Shown piece by piece: positions 63,343 to 64,000 of a stretch of DNA of 64,000 nucleotides. The notes under the pieces were generated by a model that searched no databases, was not told the origin of the DNA, and saw only the letters and a list, made by a program, of their open reading frames with translations. Numbering within the stretch: the first letter of the stretch is position 1; each line of letters starts with the position of its first letter. The DNA is from Phallusia mammillata. Taxonomy: Eukaryota. Location of the stretch: NCBI GenBank assembly GCA_965637545.1, contig OZ281496.1:14384001-14448000 (forward strand). Reading direction: 5' to 3'. A program made the translations under genes and the position numbers.

Positions 63343-63564
63343 CAGGGGTTCCCAAACTTTTTTGGTCTGTGGCCCAAATGTCTATTTTATAGCGATTCGT
63401 GGCCCACCACGTGCTGTAAATTTGGGCACAAACAAAAATAACTCAAAAACTGGCGAAATTATCCAGCAATTTATTTTTAATGAGATACATGCTCCTGAAC
63501 TTTGGCTACAAGATTCAGAATTCTTTGCAAAAATTACGTTTTTCAAAACAAAGCGCATAACATC
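63343..63564. mobile_element. hAT MITE left part
   Basis: Starts caggggttcccaaac, inserted after gtctaaac within the previous element. Confidence 0.7.
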
Positions 63565-63566
63565 TA

Positions 63567-64000
63567 CAGTAGGGGAAAGTAGGGCAAAGCGGGACACGAG
63601 GCAAAGAGGGACAAGGGATTATTTTCGCAGATATTGTCGTTAGCGTCCCCTAACCATTTTTATGCAAAGTCGGCCATCTTGTCCAGCAGTTGATGGAAAA
63701 GTTTGAAGAACTGGTTTACATTCGTTCAGTTATGAAAGAAATACTCCTTTAGCTTAATTTACTATAAGAAAAGGTTTCAGAAATCATCTAAGTTAGCCTA
63801 CGCGTGCATAAAAGTTGAACTTGGCTATGTTCCATCAGATACACTAGAACATGGTGATCAAACATTGAAAAAGTTGTTTTGCTAAACTCTTGTTTAGTTT
63901 TTCAAATATGGTAATTTCGGAGGCTGTACTTTGGGGGCAAATCGGGACAGAGAGATGGGGACAAAGCGGGACATTGTCCTAGCCTGAGCTTAGCCTAGCC
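63567..64000. mobile_element. Probable pogo/Tigger-like element end
   Basis: TA followed by CAGTAGGGG. Repeated ggg(g/a)caaa..gggaca motifs near 63582, 63600, 63934 and 63958. Confidence 0.5.

Overview
AT-rich animal genomic DNA, most likely from an ascidian (tunicate). The evidence is two genomic copies of a 16-nt sequence matching the ascidian spliced leader, short GT-AG introns and a tunicate-style intronless 7TM ORF. The window is dense in transposons: many hAT MITEs and remnants, a ~7.1-kb CACTA/EnSpm element with both genes, three Harbingers, piggyBac, a THAP/P remnant, Gypsy, L1/Tx1, a tRNA-SINE and a pogo-like end. Host genes are mostly broken (LDLa-repeat, C2H2 zinc finger, NHL-repeat, SDR, LRR). 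Three appear intact: a galactose-3-O-sulfotransferase, a 7TM protein and a small SGNH hydrolase. The main finding is a full-length processed retrocopy of a KCBP/kinesin-C-type kinesin-14 mRNA (21893-25808). It begins with the trans-spliced leader, ends with AATAAA plus poly(A), and is flanked by a 14-bp TSD. Six bases after its 3' TSD a second spliced leader opens a truncated NEK8-like mRNA start. A second unusual region (56.6-62.6 kb, minus strand) combines SGNH hydrolase, Ulp1 protease, PHD finger and a basic 18-aa repeat. All family assignments come from motif recognition by eye, no database search was run, and boundaries of degenerate elements are approximate.
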